Source of the DNA: a virus
Taxonomy: Duplodnaviria; Caudoviricetes
Direction: 5' to 3' (one strand)
Virus record (IMG/VR): IMGVR_UViG_3300031463_000010
Coordinates: 1-53,321 of that record
DNA: 53,321 nucleotides
Position numbers and translations under genes: made by a program. Shown here one piece after another: positions 25,827-34,594 of this stretch (its first letter is position 1; the number at the start of each line of letters is the position of its first letter). The notes below the pieces were generated by a model. It was not told where the DNA came from, did no database searches, and saw only the letters and a program-made list of their open reading frames with translations.

Positions 25827-26117
25827 TCAGTAATGTCCTAGTGCGTCGTGGGTGCTTTTGCGGGCATACCCACATTTCGGGCAATAGAACCAGTCGTCTT
25901 CTTGCGCCTCTTCATACGGACCAATGATACGCCATCTGGCATACCAGCCGTTCCATGGTTTGAGACGCTGGGCGGCCTCTAACGCCTCTTCGCGGTGGGC
26001 AAATCTACCATGGCCGTACCAGCTGGCGTAATCGGGATGGCCGTGGCTAACCTGGAGTTCCCATGGCAAGACAACCTTTTCTTCTCTCCTACCCGATTTT
26101 GCCATCGGGCTAGGCAT
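25827..26117 (-). CDS. Hypothetical early protein with C-terminal zinc ribbon
   Basis: CPKCG...H..H; lies between a promoter and a terminator; start uncertain. Confidence 0.65.
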   Translation of the reverse strand: MPSPMAKSGRREEKVVLPWELQVSHGHPDYASWYGHGRFAHREEALEAAQRLKPWNGWYARWRIIGPYEEAQEDDWFYCPKCGYARKSTHDALGHY

Positions 26118-26134
26118 ATTTTTATTCTACCCCT

Positions 26135-26163
26135 ATTGTACCACAATGTACTGCATTTGTCAA
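26135..26163 (-). promoter_or_regulatory. Early sigma70 promoter P2
   Basis: TTGACA, 17 nt, TACAAT, with TGTGG. Confidence 0.85.
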
Positions 26164-26224
26164 GTGGTTTGGCTGCCAATTTTGTCATCTGTCGCCAGAA
26201 ATTTGTGGCAAAGTGGGTTGGGGG

Positions 26225-26256
26225 AAAAAGAGAGCACCAGCGGGTGCTGGTGCTCT
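26225..26256 (-). terminator. Intrinsic terminator
   Basis: AGAGCACCAGC-GGGT-GCTGGTGCTCT stem, followed by a U-tract on the - strand. Confidence 0.75.
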
Positions 26257-26282
26257 GCTAGGGGTACATCTGAATAACGGGG

Positions 26283-26495
26283 TTATAGTGTTATGATTTT
26301 CACATCTTTCACCTCTCTCGCTAGGTTTGGTACTTCTAGGTAATAGCCACAATCGCTACTGTCTATAAGTACTATAAACGTGCCTCTTATGCCTCTACCG
26401 CACCAATTACATATACCGTGACTGGCTGCACGAGCTTTCTTGTCTACTGTTTCTCTTGCGATATGGGCACATTGCCTACACAGGTTTCGTTTCAT
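26283..26495 (-). CDS. Small zinc-finger early protein
   Basis: CRQC...CNWC. Confidence 0.6.
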   Translation of the reverse strand: MKRNLCRQCAHIARETVDKKARAASHGICNWCGRGIRGTFIVLIDSSDCGYYLEVPNLAREVKDVKIITL

Positions 26496-26506
26496 CTTTC
26501 ACCCCC

Positions 26507-26857
26507 CTATGCTGTTGCGTCCACGGGTTCTACGTACATTAAAATCCCATTCAGGTCTACCATGCCATATCTTTTGAATTCTTTAATCTTCTCTTCAAAT
26601 TGCTCTGTTTCTAGGTACTCTATTGTGATGACACCTTCTGACAAGGTGTCTTTCTTTGTGGGAAAGTACATTCTTTCCCAAGTATCAGAAAACGCCAGAG
26701 CCCAAACATGTCCTATGGGTGCGCCACATATGGCACATACCCCCCGTGCTTCTCTCTTGTTCTTGACGGGGGTTAGGTCACCCATGTCGTGCGAACCGTG
26801 CGAAGCACATACGAGACATACGAGCTCATCATCTCTATTTTTATATGCGTGTATCAT
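26507..26857 (-). CDS. Zinc-finger early protein
   Basis: CLVC...CAIC; AGGAGG RBS. Confidence 0.7.
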   Translation of the reverse strand: MIHAYKNRDDELVCLVCASHGSHDMGDLTPVKNKREARGVCAICGAPIGHVWALAFSDTWERMYFPTKKDTLSEGVITIEYLETEQFEEKIKEFKRYGMVDLNGILMYVEPVDATA

Positions 26858-26887
26858 CTTTTATGCCTCCTATCGTATTTTGACTAC

Positions 26888-26916
26888 ATTATAACACAAT
26901 GTTTTTACTTTGTCAA
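26888..26916 (-). promoter_or_regulatory. Early sigma70 promoter P1
   Basis: TTGACA, 17 nt, TATAAT: perfect consensus. Confidence 0.88.
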
Positions 26917-27265
26917 GTACCTAGCGCTAGTAATTAACCGTTAGTACCCACGCAAATACGAAAATAGCCTAACGCTAGCCATATGTGGCACTAACCCTAG
27001 CGCTAGGCGCGTTATGTCAACGTGCGTGTGGCGCTAACCTAACGCGAGACGCGCGCGCCGACTTGACATAACGCACCTGCCAATCGCCATTTGCCAGAAA
27101 TCTATGCTTTCCTACGAAAACCTCGGCAAATCTGCGCCAGCAGATTTGCCACGGGACTGGTTGGCAGGGGGGTACGGTATCGGCTCGTTAGACCCCCTCT
27201 CCAAATCCGCAACTAATCGACATTTATCTGGACAAAATCTACCAAAATCCACAACTAACCCGTCC

Positions 27266-27294
27266 TTGACATTTTTCCTGTGTTGTGTTATTGT
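27266..27294 (+). promoter_or_regulatory. Promoter for the packaging genes (probably a leaderless transcript)
   Basis: TTGACA, 17 nt, TATTGT with TG; ATG 27301 lies 6 nt downstream with no SD sequence. Confidence 0.6.
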
Positions 27295-27300
27295 AAAGCT

Positions 27301-27723
27301 ATGAAGGATCAGATCATCCAAGCGCTCAAATCCGGTGAGGATGACGTCGTAGCGATTGCTGCGCGCTTTCAGGTCTCTCCGGCCTATGTGCGCAAGCTGC
27401 GCCGGGAGCTCTACAGTCCCCAACAGCCCCGGCCTGTGTTGGAGCGCCGCCTGAACACGCTCACGACGCAGACGGTGCGCAAGGTTCAGCAGATGCTTAA
27501 GAGCGACCGGCTCTCCGAGCGTTCGACCCTGCTCTTGTTGAAAATCCTCCTCGAACACCTGCGTGGGATGTATCATGTGCAGCTGTCCTACAACAACGTC
27601 TTCGTGGATGCGCGCAACCAGACGATGACGCCCGTCGACATGACGACGCTGGTCGACATGCTTGACGAGCGCTTGAACACCGACGACCTGCGGCGCATTG
27701 TGCAGGCAGAGGCGCCAGAATGA
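27301..27723 (+). CDS. Putative terminase small subunit (HTH)
   Basis: VVAIAARFQVSPAYVRKL HTH; ATGA overlap with terL. Confidence 0.65.
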   Translation: MKDQIIQALKSGEDDVVAIAARFQVSPAYVRKLRRELYSPQQPRPVLERRLNTLTTQTVRKVQQMLKSDRLSERSTLLLLKILLEHLRGMYHVQLSYNNVFVDARNQTMTPVDMTTLVDMLDERLNTDDLRRIVQAEAPE

Positions 27724-29333
27724 TCGACCCTGAGGAGCTGCGGCGTGCTGCCAGGCTGACGTTGGCGCGGCGGGATTTTATCACATTCGCGCAGCTGATG
27801 GAGCCGACGTATGCCGCGCCGCCGCACATCCGGCTCATCGCGGAGCACCTGCAGAAGCTCGCCGAGGGGGAGATAAGGCGGTTGATTATCCTGATGCCGC
27901 CGCGCAGTGGGAAGAGCTGGACGTGCACGCAGCTCTTCCCGGCGTGGTACTTGGGGAGGAATCCAGCACATCGTGTTATCATCACCGCGCACACTGCGGC
28001 GCTGGCGGAGTCGTTCAGCATCGCAGTGCGCGACGTCATCGACGGGCGTCCGGCGTTCCGGGAGGCGTTCGCCGGTGTGCGTGTGTCCGCAAATCAACGT
28101 GCGGCGTTCCGGTGGGCGTTGCATGGGTACCGGGATACCATGATCGCCGCAGGTGTGGGCGGCGGCATCACCGGGTACGGGGCGCATTTGCTTATCATCG
28201 ATGACCCGGTGAAGAACTTCGAGGAGGCGGTTTCGCCCAGCGTGCAGGAGCGCAATTGGATGTGGTATACCACCACCGCGCGCACACGCCTCGTCGGTGA
28301 GGGGAAGGTGTTGGTGGTAATGACGCACTGGGCGGAGAGCGATCTGGCAGGGCGGATATTGGACTCCCCGGAGGGGAAGGATTTCCATGTGTTGGCGCTG
28401 CCCGCGGAGAGTTTGGGGACATGGACCGATCCAACGTGCGATGAAGCGTATGTGAATGCACTTGATCCGTTCTCCCGGAAGTATGTCTTCCCCGACGCGT
28501 TGGGGCGGCCACGCGGGACGCCATTGTGGCCGGAGATGGGTTATGACCGTGAGTTCCTACAGCGTGCTAAGGCGTTGTTGGGCTACCAATACCAAGGGCT
28601 GTACCAATGCTCCCCAATCGCGCCGCAGGGGAATATGTTCGAGCGCGCCAACATCCGCGCGGTGACGCAGGCACAGCTGGTCGAGGAAGGGTACAAGGTC
28701 GCTGCGCGTGTGCGTTCTTATGACCTGGCGTTCAGCGCGGACGAGCACGCCGATGCCACGGTCGGGTTGCTCCTTACGGTGTATCATAAGGAGGGGCATA
28801 CGCTGCTGGTCGTTGAGGACTGTGCACACTGGCGTGCGGAGTGGAATGAGTCCGCGGAGAAAATCCTTGCGATTGCGCAACAGGACGGGAAGGAGGTTGT
28901 GATCCTGGTAGAGGCGGTGGCGTCACAGAATGTCGCATTCAAGTCGCTGCGGCGCGACCCACGGCTGGCAATGCATCACATCATCCCCATCACGCCGGAT
29001 AAGGATAAGGTATCCCGTGCGCAGTACACCATGCGCTGGGTCGGATTGAAGGCGCTGTGCTTGCTCTACCCCTCCCCCAACACCCTACCGCCATGGGCAG
29101 AGGGATTTATCGAGGAGTTGAGTGCGTTCCCGTTCGCGGCACACGATGACCGTGTGGATGCGCTCACCCAGGCGGTGAACTACCTCCAACCACTACTTGA
29201 CAGTTTGTTATCGAGGGGATATAATGTTTCCGAGAACATGCCTGAACGTCCGCGGCGGCGCTTCTGGGTGTTTGATGAATTGGGACAAGCAGTAGAGACT
29301 GTGCGAGATCGCCTTGTGTGGAGGGTTAATTAA
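27720..29333 (+). CDS. terL: Terminase large subunit
   Basis: MPPRSGKS, GGGITGYGAHLLIIDDPVK, VMTHW, YDLA and HDDRVDA motifs. Confidence 0.95.
   Translation: MIDPEELRRAARLTLARRDFITFAQLMEPTYAAPPHIRLIAEHLQKLAEGEIRRLIILMPPRSGKSWTCTQLFPAWYLGRNPAHRVIITAHTAALAESFSIAVRDVIDGRPAFREAFAGVRVSANQRAAFRWALHGYRDTMIAAGVGGGITGYGAHLLIIDDPVKNFEEAVSPSVQERNWMWYTTTARTRLVGEGKVLVVMTHWAESDLAGRILDSPEGKDFHVLALPAESLGTWTDPTCDEAYVNALDPFSRKYVFPDALGRPRGTPLWPEMGYDREFLQRAKALLGYQYQGLYQCSPIAPQGNMFERANIRAVTQAQLVEEGYKVAARVRSYDLAFSADEHADATVGLLLTVYHKEGHTLLVVEDCAHWRAEWNESAEKILAIAQQDGKEVVILVEAVASQNVAFKSLRRDPRLAMHHIIPITPDKDKVSRAQYTMRWVGLKALCLLYPSPNTLPPWAEGFIEELSAFPFAAHDDRVDALTQAVNYLQPLLDSLLSRGYNVSENMPERPRRRFWVFDELGQAVETVRDRLVWRVN
29197..29225 (+). 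promoter_or_regulatory. Consensus sigma70 promoter inside the terL 3' end
   Basis: TTGACA (29197-29202), 17 nt, TATAAT (29220-29225). Confidence 0.75.
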
Positions 29334-29587
29334 TGCAAAGAGCCCCTAACGTTCCTGTTACAATTGAGGACCTCGATCGACGTCTGCGTGTGATCGAGCG
29401 TCTACTTGGCATTGATGTTGTGAATGAGGAGGCGGAGCCGTTGCCCATCGCGCCGCCATCTGTGCCTACAGCCGCTGCAACGGGCATGGCGATGGGGGGT
29501 GGTGCCGCTCCGACCGGCCCGCTGAATCGACGGACCACCACAACACCGTCGCCGGGGACGCTTCCACCACCGCCTTTAATGGAGTGA
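29333..29587 (+). CDS. Hypothetical Pro-rich protein
   Basis: TAATG overlap with terL; GGAGG RBS. Confidence 0.6.
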   Translation: MQRAPNVPVTIEDLDRRLRVIERLLGIDVVNEEAEPLPIAPPSVPTAAATGMAMGGGAAPTGPLNRRTTTTPSPGTLPPPPLME

Positions 29588-29817
29588 GTGCGATGGATCG
29601 ATGTTGTCATGCACGGTTTGTACGATGGAATCCGACGGATGGTAAGCGCTGTCTGGTGCAATGCAAGGACTGTGGGGTTGTGTTCCAGCTTCCCGCAGGG
29701 ATTGCATCGGAAGACACTGCGGTACGTGTGCCGTTCGATGGTGTATGGCGTGAGGCTGATTGGTATTTCCGTGAGAAGTATTCTCATATGTTCGACATTG
29801 AAAGGAGCAGTGTGTAA
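29584..29817 (+). CDS. Small Cys-containing hypothetical protein
   Basis: GTGA overlap; CCH...CKDC motif. Confidence 0.45.
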   Translation: MSAMDRCCHARFVRWNPTDGKRCLVQCKDCGVVFQLPAGIASEDTAVRVPFDGVWREADWYFREKYSHMFDIERSSV

Positions 29818-29921
29818 TGTTAGGCCGACGCATTGGATTCATTGTATGTCCGCGCTGTGGGCACGAGACGATATCCGATGTGAAGCGTTGTCCGTGGTGT
29901 GGATATTCTGAGTAGTGTGGG

Positions 29922-31781
29922 ATGAATCTTCTCCCTAAAACACCTGCTGAGATACTGGAGCGCTTCAACTACGCGCAGACGATATTCCGTGAACGCAATG
30001 AGCTAGTGAAGCTATGCCGCGAGATGTACGCGATGAAGCGTGAGCGCACCAGCACGTTCCTGGGGGAGCGTGCGACGGCATGGCGGCGCTCGGTCGCTCC
30101 AGAGTATTGGTGCTCCAGCAATCGTGTGCAGAACGCGGTGGACATTGCCACCGCGATCCTGAGCGGGTATCCTCCGCAGTACCGGGTTACCATTCCTGGC
30201 AGCACGGACGACGTTCTGCCGTCGCGTGCGGAGAAGTTCCTGCTCGGTGTGTGGCGCGCCAACTCGCGGCGCTGCAACGCTGATCTGTTCCGGCGCATCT
30301 GCTTCCGGTGCGTCCTAGATGGGGCTGTGGTGGTGCGTGTGACGTGGGACGTCAATGCGCCAGAGCCGCAGGTGCGTACGATCGAGGCGCCGGATGGAGA
30401 TGCGTGGGTTGTGGCGACATATCCTGATGGACGCATTCCCTTACGCCTGGATGTGCTTCATTGGGATCGTGTCTATCCGATCGGCGCGCCGGTGGAGGAC
30501 ACGCCGTTCTCTGAGATTGTTTACGCCGCCATGCGCCCCTATTCCGCCGTTTACCGAGAATGGGCAGACGTAGAGGGAGCCACCATGCCTCCCGCGCCTA
30601 CGCGTCCTACCAAAGAGCGTGGGCCTTCTGTGCCTGCAATGGAACGGGAGGCATTGTACCTGGAGTGGTGGGGATATGATGACAACGGCGATGTGCACTA
30701 TATGGTGGTGTATGACGGTCAGGAAGTCCTTCCCCGGCGTGCCATCGGGTATCCGTGCATCCCATTCGTGATCGGCGCGTTCAAGGAGGTCGATCACGAC
30801 ACGTCGTCGCTGGCATATCTACCGTTTGTCTATCCAATCCTATGGACGGTGGAACGTGAGGAATACATGCGTTCGCGTGTGTTCCGCATTGTGGACATGC
30901 TTGCCAACCTTCCCCCTGTGCACCGCGGTGCGACGCCACTTTCCGTAACAGGAACATGGGGTGAGATCATTAACCTCACGGATGAGCGCGAGCGTATTGA
31001 GTTTCCACAGTGGCCGGGGAATCCTCCAGACGTGTGGCGCGTGTTGGAGGACATCGACGTCCAGGAATCACAGGGGACGTTCAGTAGTGCGATGTATGGG
31101 CAGGTTTCATCGCGCATCAGTGGTTATGGATTGTCCCAGTTGATTGGTGCAGACACGCTGCGCATGGACACGCCGCGCTCGAATCTTGAGTTGTTATATG
31201 GGAATGTAGGCGAGATGTTGTTCTGTTTGTTGCGTGCATTCTCATATCATCAACACATCGCCACGACTGTGCAGGTGCGCGGACGTACGCTGGAGTCCAT
31301 GCTTGCGGGGCGTGAGACGGAGGGCATGGTTGTCGATGCTTATCTGAAGCAGCGTCAGGCCAGTGATGAGCAACGCCTTGCTATCATCGGTGCGCAGCTG
31401 GCGTCGCTGCCCAAGCCGCCGGTGTCGATGGACTACATTCTCGAACACTACTTCGGTATTGCGCAGCCAGAGGATGAGAAACAGCGTGTCATGACGGATG
31501 AGATCATGCGTGATCCGTTGGTGCGGCTCATTGCCATGGCGAATGTATTGCAGGAGCAGGGTTCACCGTATGCGCCCGTCGTGCTTGAGCGTATTATGTC
31601 GATGGTACAACAAAAGGCCGGTGGTGAAGCGTCCGGAGGCGGGCGTGCCCCAGAGCCAGAGGAGTTGGGTCAGGTTGGCATGGGCATGCCACAGGCGGTG
31701 ATGGGCAATCCTGTGGAGGAGCAGGGCATGGGATTGCCGTTCAACATGCGTGAGGGAGGGCCGATCGATGAAATGGCTTAA
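29922..31781 (+). CDS. Portal (head-tail connector) protein
   Basis: 619 aa after terL; GYPCIPFV and ISGYGLSQL portal-like segments; low-complexity M/G/P tail. Confidence 0.8.
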   Translation: MNLLPKTPAEILERFNYAQTIFRERNELVKLCREMYAMKRERTSTFLGERATAWRRSVAPEYWCSSNRVQNAVDIATAILSGYPPQYRVTIPGSTDDVLPSRAEKFLLGVWRANSRRCNADLFRRICFRCVLDGAVVVRVTWDVNAPEPQVRTIEAPDGDAWVVATYPDGRIPLRLDVLHWDRVYPIGAPVEDTPFSEIVYAAMRPYSAVYREWADVEGATMPPAPTRPTKERGPSVPAMEREALYLEWWGYDDNGDVHYMVVYDGQEVLPRRAIGYPCIPFVIGAFKEVDHDTSSLAYLPFVYPILWTVEREEYMRSRVFRIVDMLANLPPVHRGATPLSVTGTWGEIINLTDERERIEFPQWPGNPPDVWRVLEDIDVQESQGTFSSAMYGQVSSRISGYGLSQLIGADTLRMDTPRSNLELLYGNVGEMLFCLLRAFSYHQHIATTVQVRGRTLESMLAGRETEGMVVDAYLKQRQASDEQRLAIIGAQLASLPKPPVSMDYILEHYFGIAQPEDEKQRVMTDEIMRDPLVRLIAMANVLQEQGSPYAPVVLERIMSMVQQKAGGEASGGGRAPEPEELGQVGMGMPQAVMGNPVEEQGMGLPFNMREGGPIDEMA

Positions 31782-31850
31782 GTGGTACCTTCTGATTAAG
31801 GGCATGTTTCTGGCTTACTATTTCTTGTCGCATTACAAATGGAGTTGACT

Positions 31851-32012
31851 ATGCCGCTCAAGAAGGGTAGGTCGCGCAAGGACATTCATGACAACATCCG
31901 TACGCTCATTGATGAGGGACGTCCGTTCGATCAGGCTGTGGCGATCGCATTGCGCGTCGCTGGTGTGTCAAAGAAGCGCAAGCGCAAACGCGGTCGCACG
32001 GGTAAGGAGTAA
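31851..32012 (+). CDS. Small basic phage protein (MPLKKG...QAVAIAL type); not in the ORF track
   Basis: Translated by hand: MPLKKGRSRKDIHDNIRTLIDEGRPFDQAVAIALRVAGVSKKRKRKRGRTGKE; GGAG RBS. Confidence 0.8.
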   Translation: MPLKKGRSRKDIHDNIRTLIDEGRPFDQAVAIALRVAGVSKKRKRKRGRTGKE

Positions 32013-32026
32013 AGGAGTAAGTTGAT

Positions 32027-33460
32027 ATGTTGTTTACTGGTGGTGGATCGAGGGTAACGCAACAGACTCCTAACACACGTGAAGACAATCCGCGGGAGTC
32101 CCGGAGCCGGGGTGAATCTGGAATAGGAAGGGCGGCACCTTTCCGTCCGATGCCTAATGCGAGTCCTTCCCCCACTCCGCAGGGCACTCCTACGCCTGGT
32201 GCTGCGCCTGCTGGCGCTGGTGCGCAGGGTGGTGGTAGAAGGGAATCCGGATTGTCCCATGCGCGGGCAGGTGTAACTGCTGGTGGGCCTGTTCCTTCCC
32301 CTGCACCACCTACAACGACGCGATATGGCGGTATGTTCGCACCAACGCCTACGCCTGCCGTGGAGCCGGATTTTGGTGGTGCTGTAGTACCAAACCCACC
32401 TACACCTCCTTACCCGGCTGGTGGAGGAGGGGGAGGAGGAGCGCGTGGGTTTGGTGGTGAAGAGCCCAGGCGTGGGACGTTCACTTGGGCGGATGTTTAT
32501 CAGGGTGCGCGAGGGTCATTCGTAGCACCAAAGTATGGTGGTGTGACCGCACCATATTTCACTAATGTGTCACCCAGCACACTTCCTCCGGGTTATAGTG
32601 GTGGTCCGGCGTCTCCGACGGTGAATGTAGTAATCAATCCTGCTAATGAGAAGCCAGCTGCTCCGGATATGCGTTTGACAGGGACGAGCATCCTGTATGA
32701 TGTCAATAGACCTTACGTGGATACTACGCATGTGACACCGCTTTCCAATGTCGCGTATTACATGCCGCCCGGAGCCGCTGCGACATCCCCGGTGGCAACT
32801 ACTGGAACTGAAGCGGGTGCGACCGCTGCGACAGGTACTGCCGCGCCACAGACTGCGGCCACAGGCACAACGGCGGGGGCGCTACCTGGGACTGCTGCTG
32901 GTGTGGCAGCGCCGCCAGCCGGGACGCCACAGTCCGTTGATGAATTAGCTGACTACTATGCACGCAAACTCCCTGGAACCGGTGCGGAGTTTGTTAATTG
33001 GCGTGAGGTTGACTCGATGTGGCCTGGAACGTTTGGGGAGTTCGATGCGTGGGTCGATGCGTTTACGCGTGAGCATGGTTATCCTCCGTGGTCTGGGTCA
33101 TTTCATCCTACTGAGGTTTTGCGTGAGAATGCGGCAGCACGCGATTGGGGTATTCGTTTCATGATGCAGAATGGGCGCCCGCCGACTGATGAGGAATATA
33201 AGTCGGAGTGGTATGCCAACCGTTTCGGCCTGGGTCCGTACGATTACGACAACCCTGCGTTCTTTGGCGCGCCGCTTGGGGCCGGTTGGGGCCGCTTCTT
33301 GGCGCGTCGATGGGGTCCGCACGGTTGGGGTGAACCGTGGAACCGGCATGGGCACGGTGGTGGTAGTAGGGGACGTAGATCGGCGCAGCAGGGCGGCGGC
33401 GGCGGTGGTGGTTATGAGGTGACAACGCTTCCGATCTCTGGACCTGGAATGGGGGTGTGA
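32027..33460 (+). CDS. Pro/Gly/Ala-rich putative internal virion protein
   Basis: Low complexity; AAGGAG RBS; within the structural operon. Confidence 0.6.
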   Translation: MLFTGGGSRVTQQTPNTREDNPRESRSRGESGIGRAAPFRPMPNASPSPTPQGTPTPGAAPAGAGAQGGGRRESGLSHARAGVTAGGPVPSPAPPTTTRYGGMFAPTPTPAVEPDFGGAVVPNPPTPPYPAGGGGGGGARGFGGEEPRRGTFTWADVYQGARGSFVAPKYGGVTAPYFTNVSPSTLPPGYSGGPASPTVNVVINPANEKPAAPDMRLTGTSILYDVNRPYVDTTHVTPLSNVAYYMPPGAAATSPVATTGTEAGATAATGTAAPQTAATGTTAGALPGTAAGVAAPPAGTPQSVDELADYYARKLPGTGAEFVNWREVDSMWPGTFGEFDAWVDAFTREHGYPPWSGSFHPTEVLRENAAARDWGIRFMMQNGRPPTDEEYKSEWYANRFGLGPYDYDNPAFFGAPLGAGWGRFLARRWGPHGWGEPWNRHGHGGGSRGRRSAQQGGGGGGGYEVTTLPISGPGMGV

Positions 33461-33461
33461 G

Positions 33462-34406
33462 ATGCCTGCAGTAGAACCGATTGTAAATGATGTTGAGGGA
33501 AATATCATTGCGCCTTATGGCGTTGTAAGTCCACCTGAGCCTTGGACGTCTCCTCCTCCACATCCTATGGCTCCGTTATACAGTTCGATGAGTACCAAAC
33601 GATATCACGGACTGCGTCCTTCGGGATGGATTGGGATTCCCAATGTGCCGGGAGTAAGCTTCTATCCGCAGGGGCCTATGGCGCCGAACTGGCTGCAGCA
33701 GCCAACATTGACACGGCAGATGTTGGAGCGTGATCCAAGCGCGGCGCTGCGCAATGTCATAAACAGTGCTATTCCGTATTTGGATGATTACACACAGGTG
33801 CGCATGGCACAGTGGCTTGGGCAGCAGGAACATCAGACGTATGGTGGTTATATGAACCTGAGTCCGCCTGCTCCTCCGAGTGTTACATCCAGTCAGTCAG
33901 GACGCACGCCGACGATAACAAACCAACGCATCCCTGGGATCGCCTACATCACTCAAGATCGCTTCCTTGCAATGGCAAACCTATTCGACCCTACAGCGGT
34001 AATTGCAAGGGCATTTGGCACTTCTACTAGCAATGTTCCCAACCTTATCCAGAACAATCAAAACTTACAGCAGTTTGCGCAGGCGATGGATTGGCTACGT
34101 TCTTACCTACAGGTCGCGGCTGGAGGCGCGCCGCGGATGGTTGGTGGCAAGATGACATTGCCCACCGCTGCCGATCGCCTTGGTGCATTGGATGCACTGC
34201 GCACGCTCGAACAGCAGGCACAGGCTGCAGCTTCCGCAGGCAATTATCCGATGGCAGCTGTGATAGGTGTCGCGCACATGCTGGTCAATCCCGCAATGAA
34301 CCGTCCTCCTGAGTGGGGTGGTGTCGGAGGCGCACGCGCTGTGTTGCAGCCTGGTCAGAACACTCCGATGCGTGGTGGAATGTTGCGTAACGTGGCACTG
34401 GCATGA
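33462..34406 (+). CDS. Putative internal virion protein
   Basis: Tightly coupled in the structural operon; Pro/Gln/Ala-rich. Confidence 0.6.
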   Translation: MPAVEPIVNDVEGNIIAPYGVVSPPEPWTSPPPHPMAPLYSSMSTKRYHGLRPSGWIGIPNVPGVSFYPQGPMAPNWLQQPTLTRQMLERDPSAALRNVINSAIPYLDDYTQVRMAQWLGQQEHQTYGGYMNLSPPAPPSVTSSQSGRTPTITNQRIPGIAYITQDRFLAMANLFDPTAVIARAFGTSTSNVPNLIQNNQNLQQFAQAMDWLRSYLQVAAGGAPRMVGGKMTLPTAADRLGALDALRTLEQQAQAAASAGNYPMAAVIGVAHMLVNPAMNRPPEWGGVGGARAVLQPGQNTPMRGGMLRNVALA

Positions 34407-34594
34407 TAAACGATGTGAAGCGTGGTTATCGCGGCGCACTTGAGGCATGGTACAAGATTCTGCGCACCTCATTGGAAGCACAGCAGCGCTCTGAGCCTGA
34501 ACGCCCGAGCAATGCACCTCCGCGCGTTCCAAAATTCATTCTGCGTGATTATTTGGTGAGGTTACAGGATGAAGTTTACCGGAACCGGCGGTGA
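34403..34594 (+). CDS. Hypothetical protein
   Basis: ATGA overlap upstream; overlaps the start of the giant gene. Confidence 0.5.
   Translation: MINDVKRGYRGALEAWYKILRTSLEAQQRSEPERPSNAPPRVPKFILRDYLVRLQDEVYRNRR

Noticed and set aside
31768-31848. 26-aa hydrophobic ORF MKWLKWYLLIKGMFLAYYFLSHYKWS
   Set aside because: It has a plausible RBS and fills the gap, but is too short to support without homologues.
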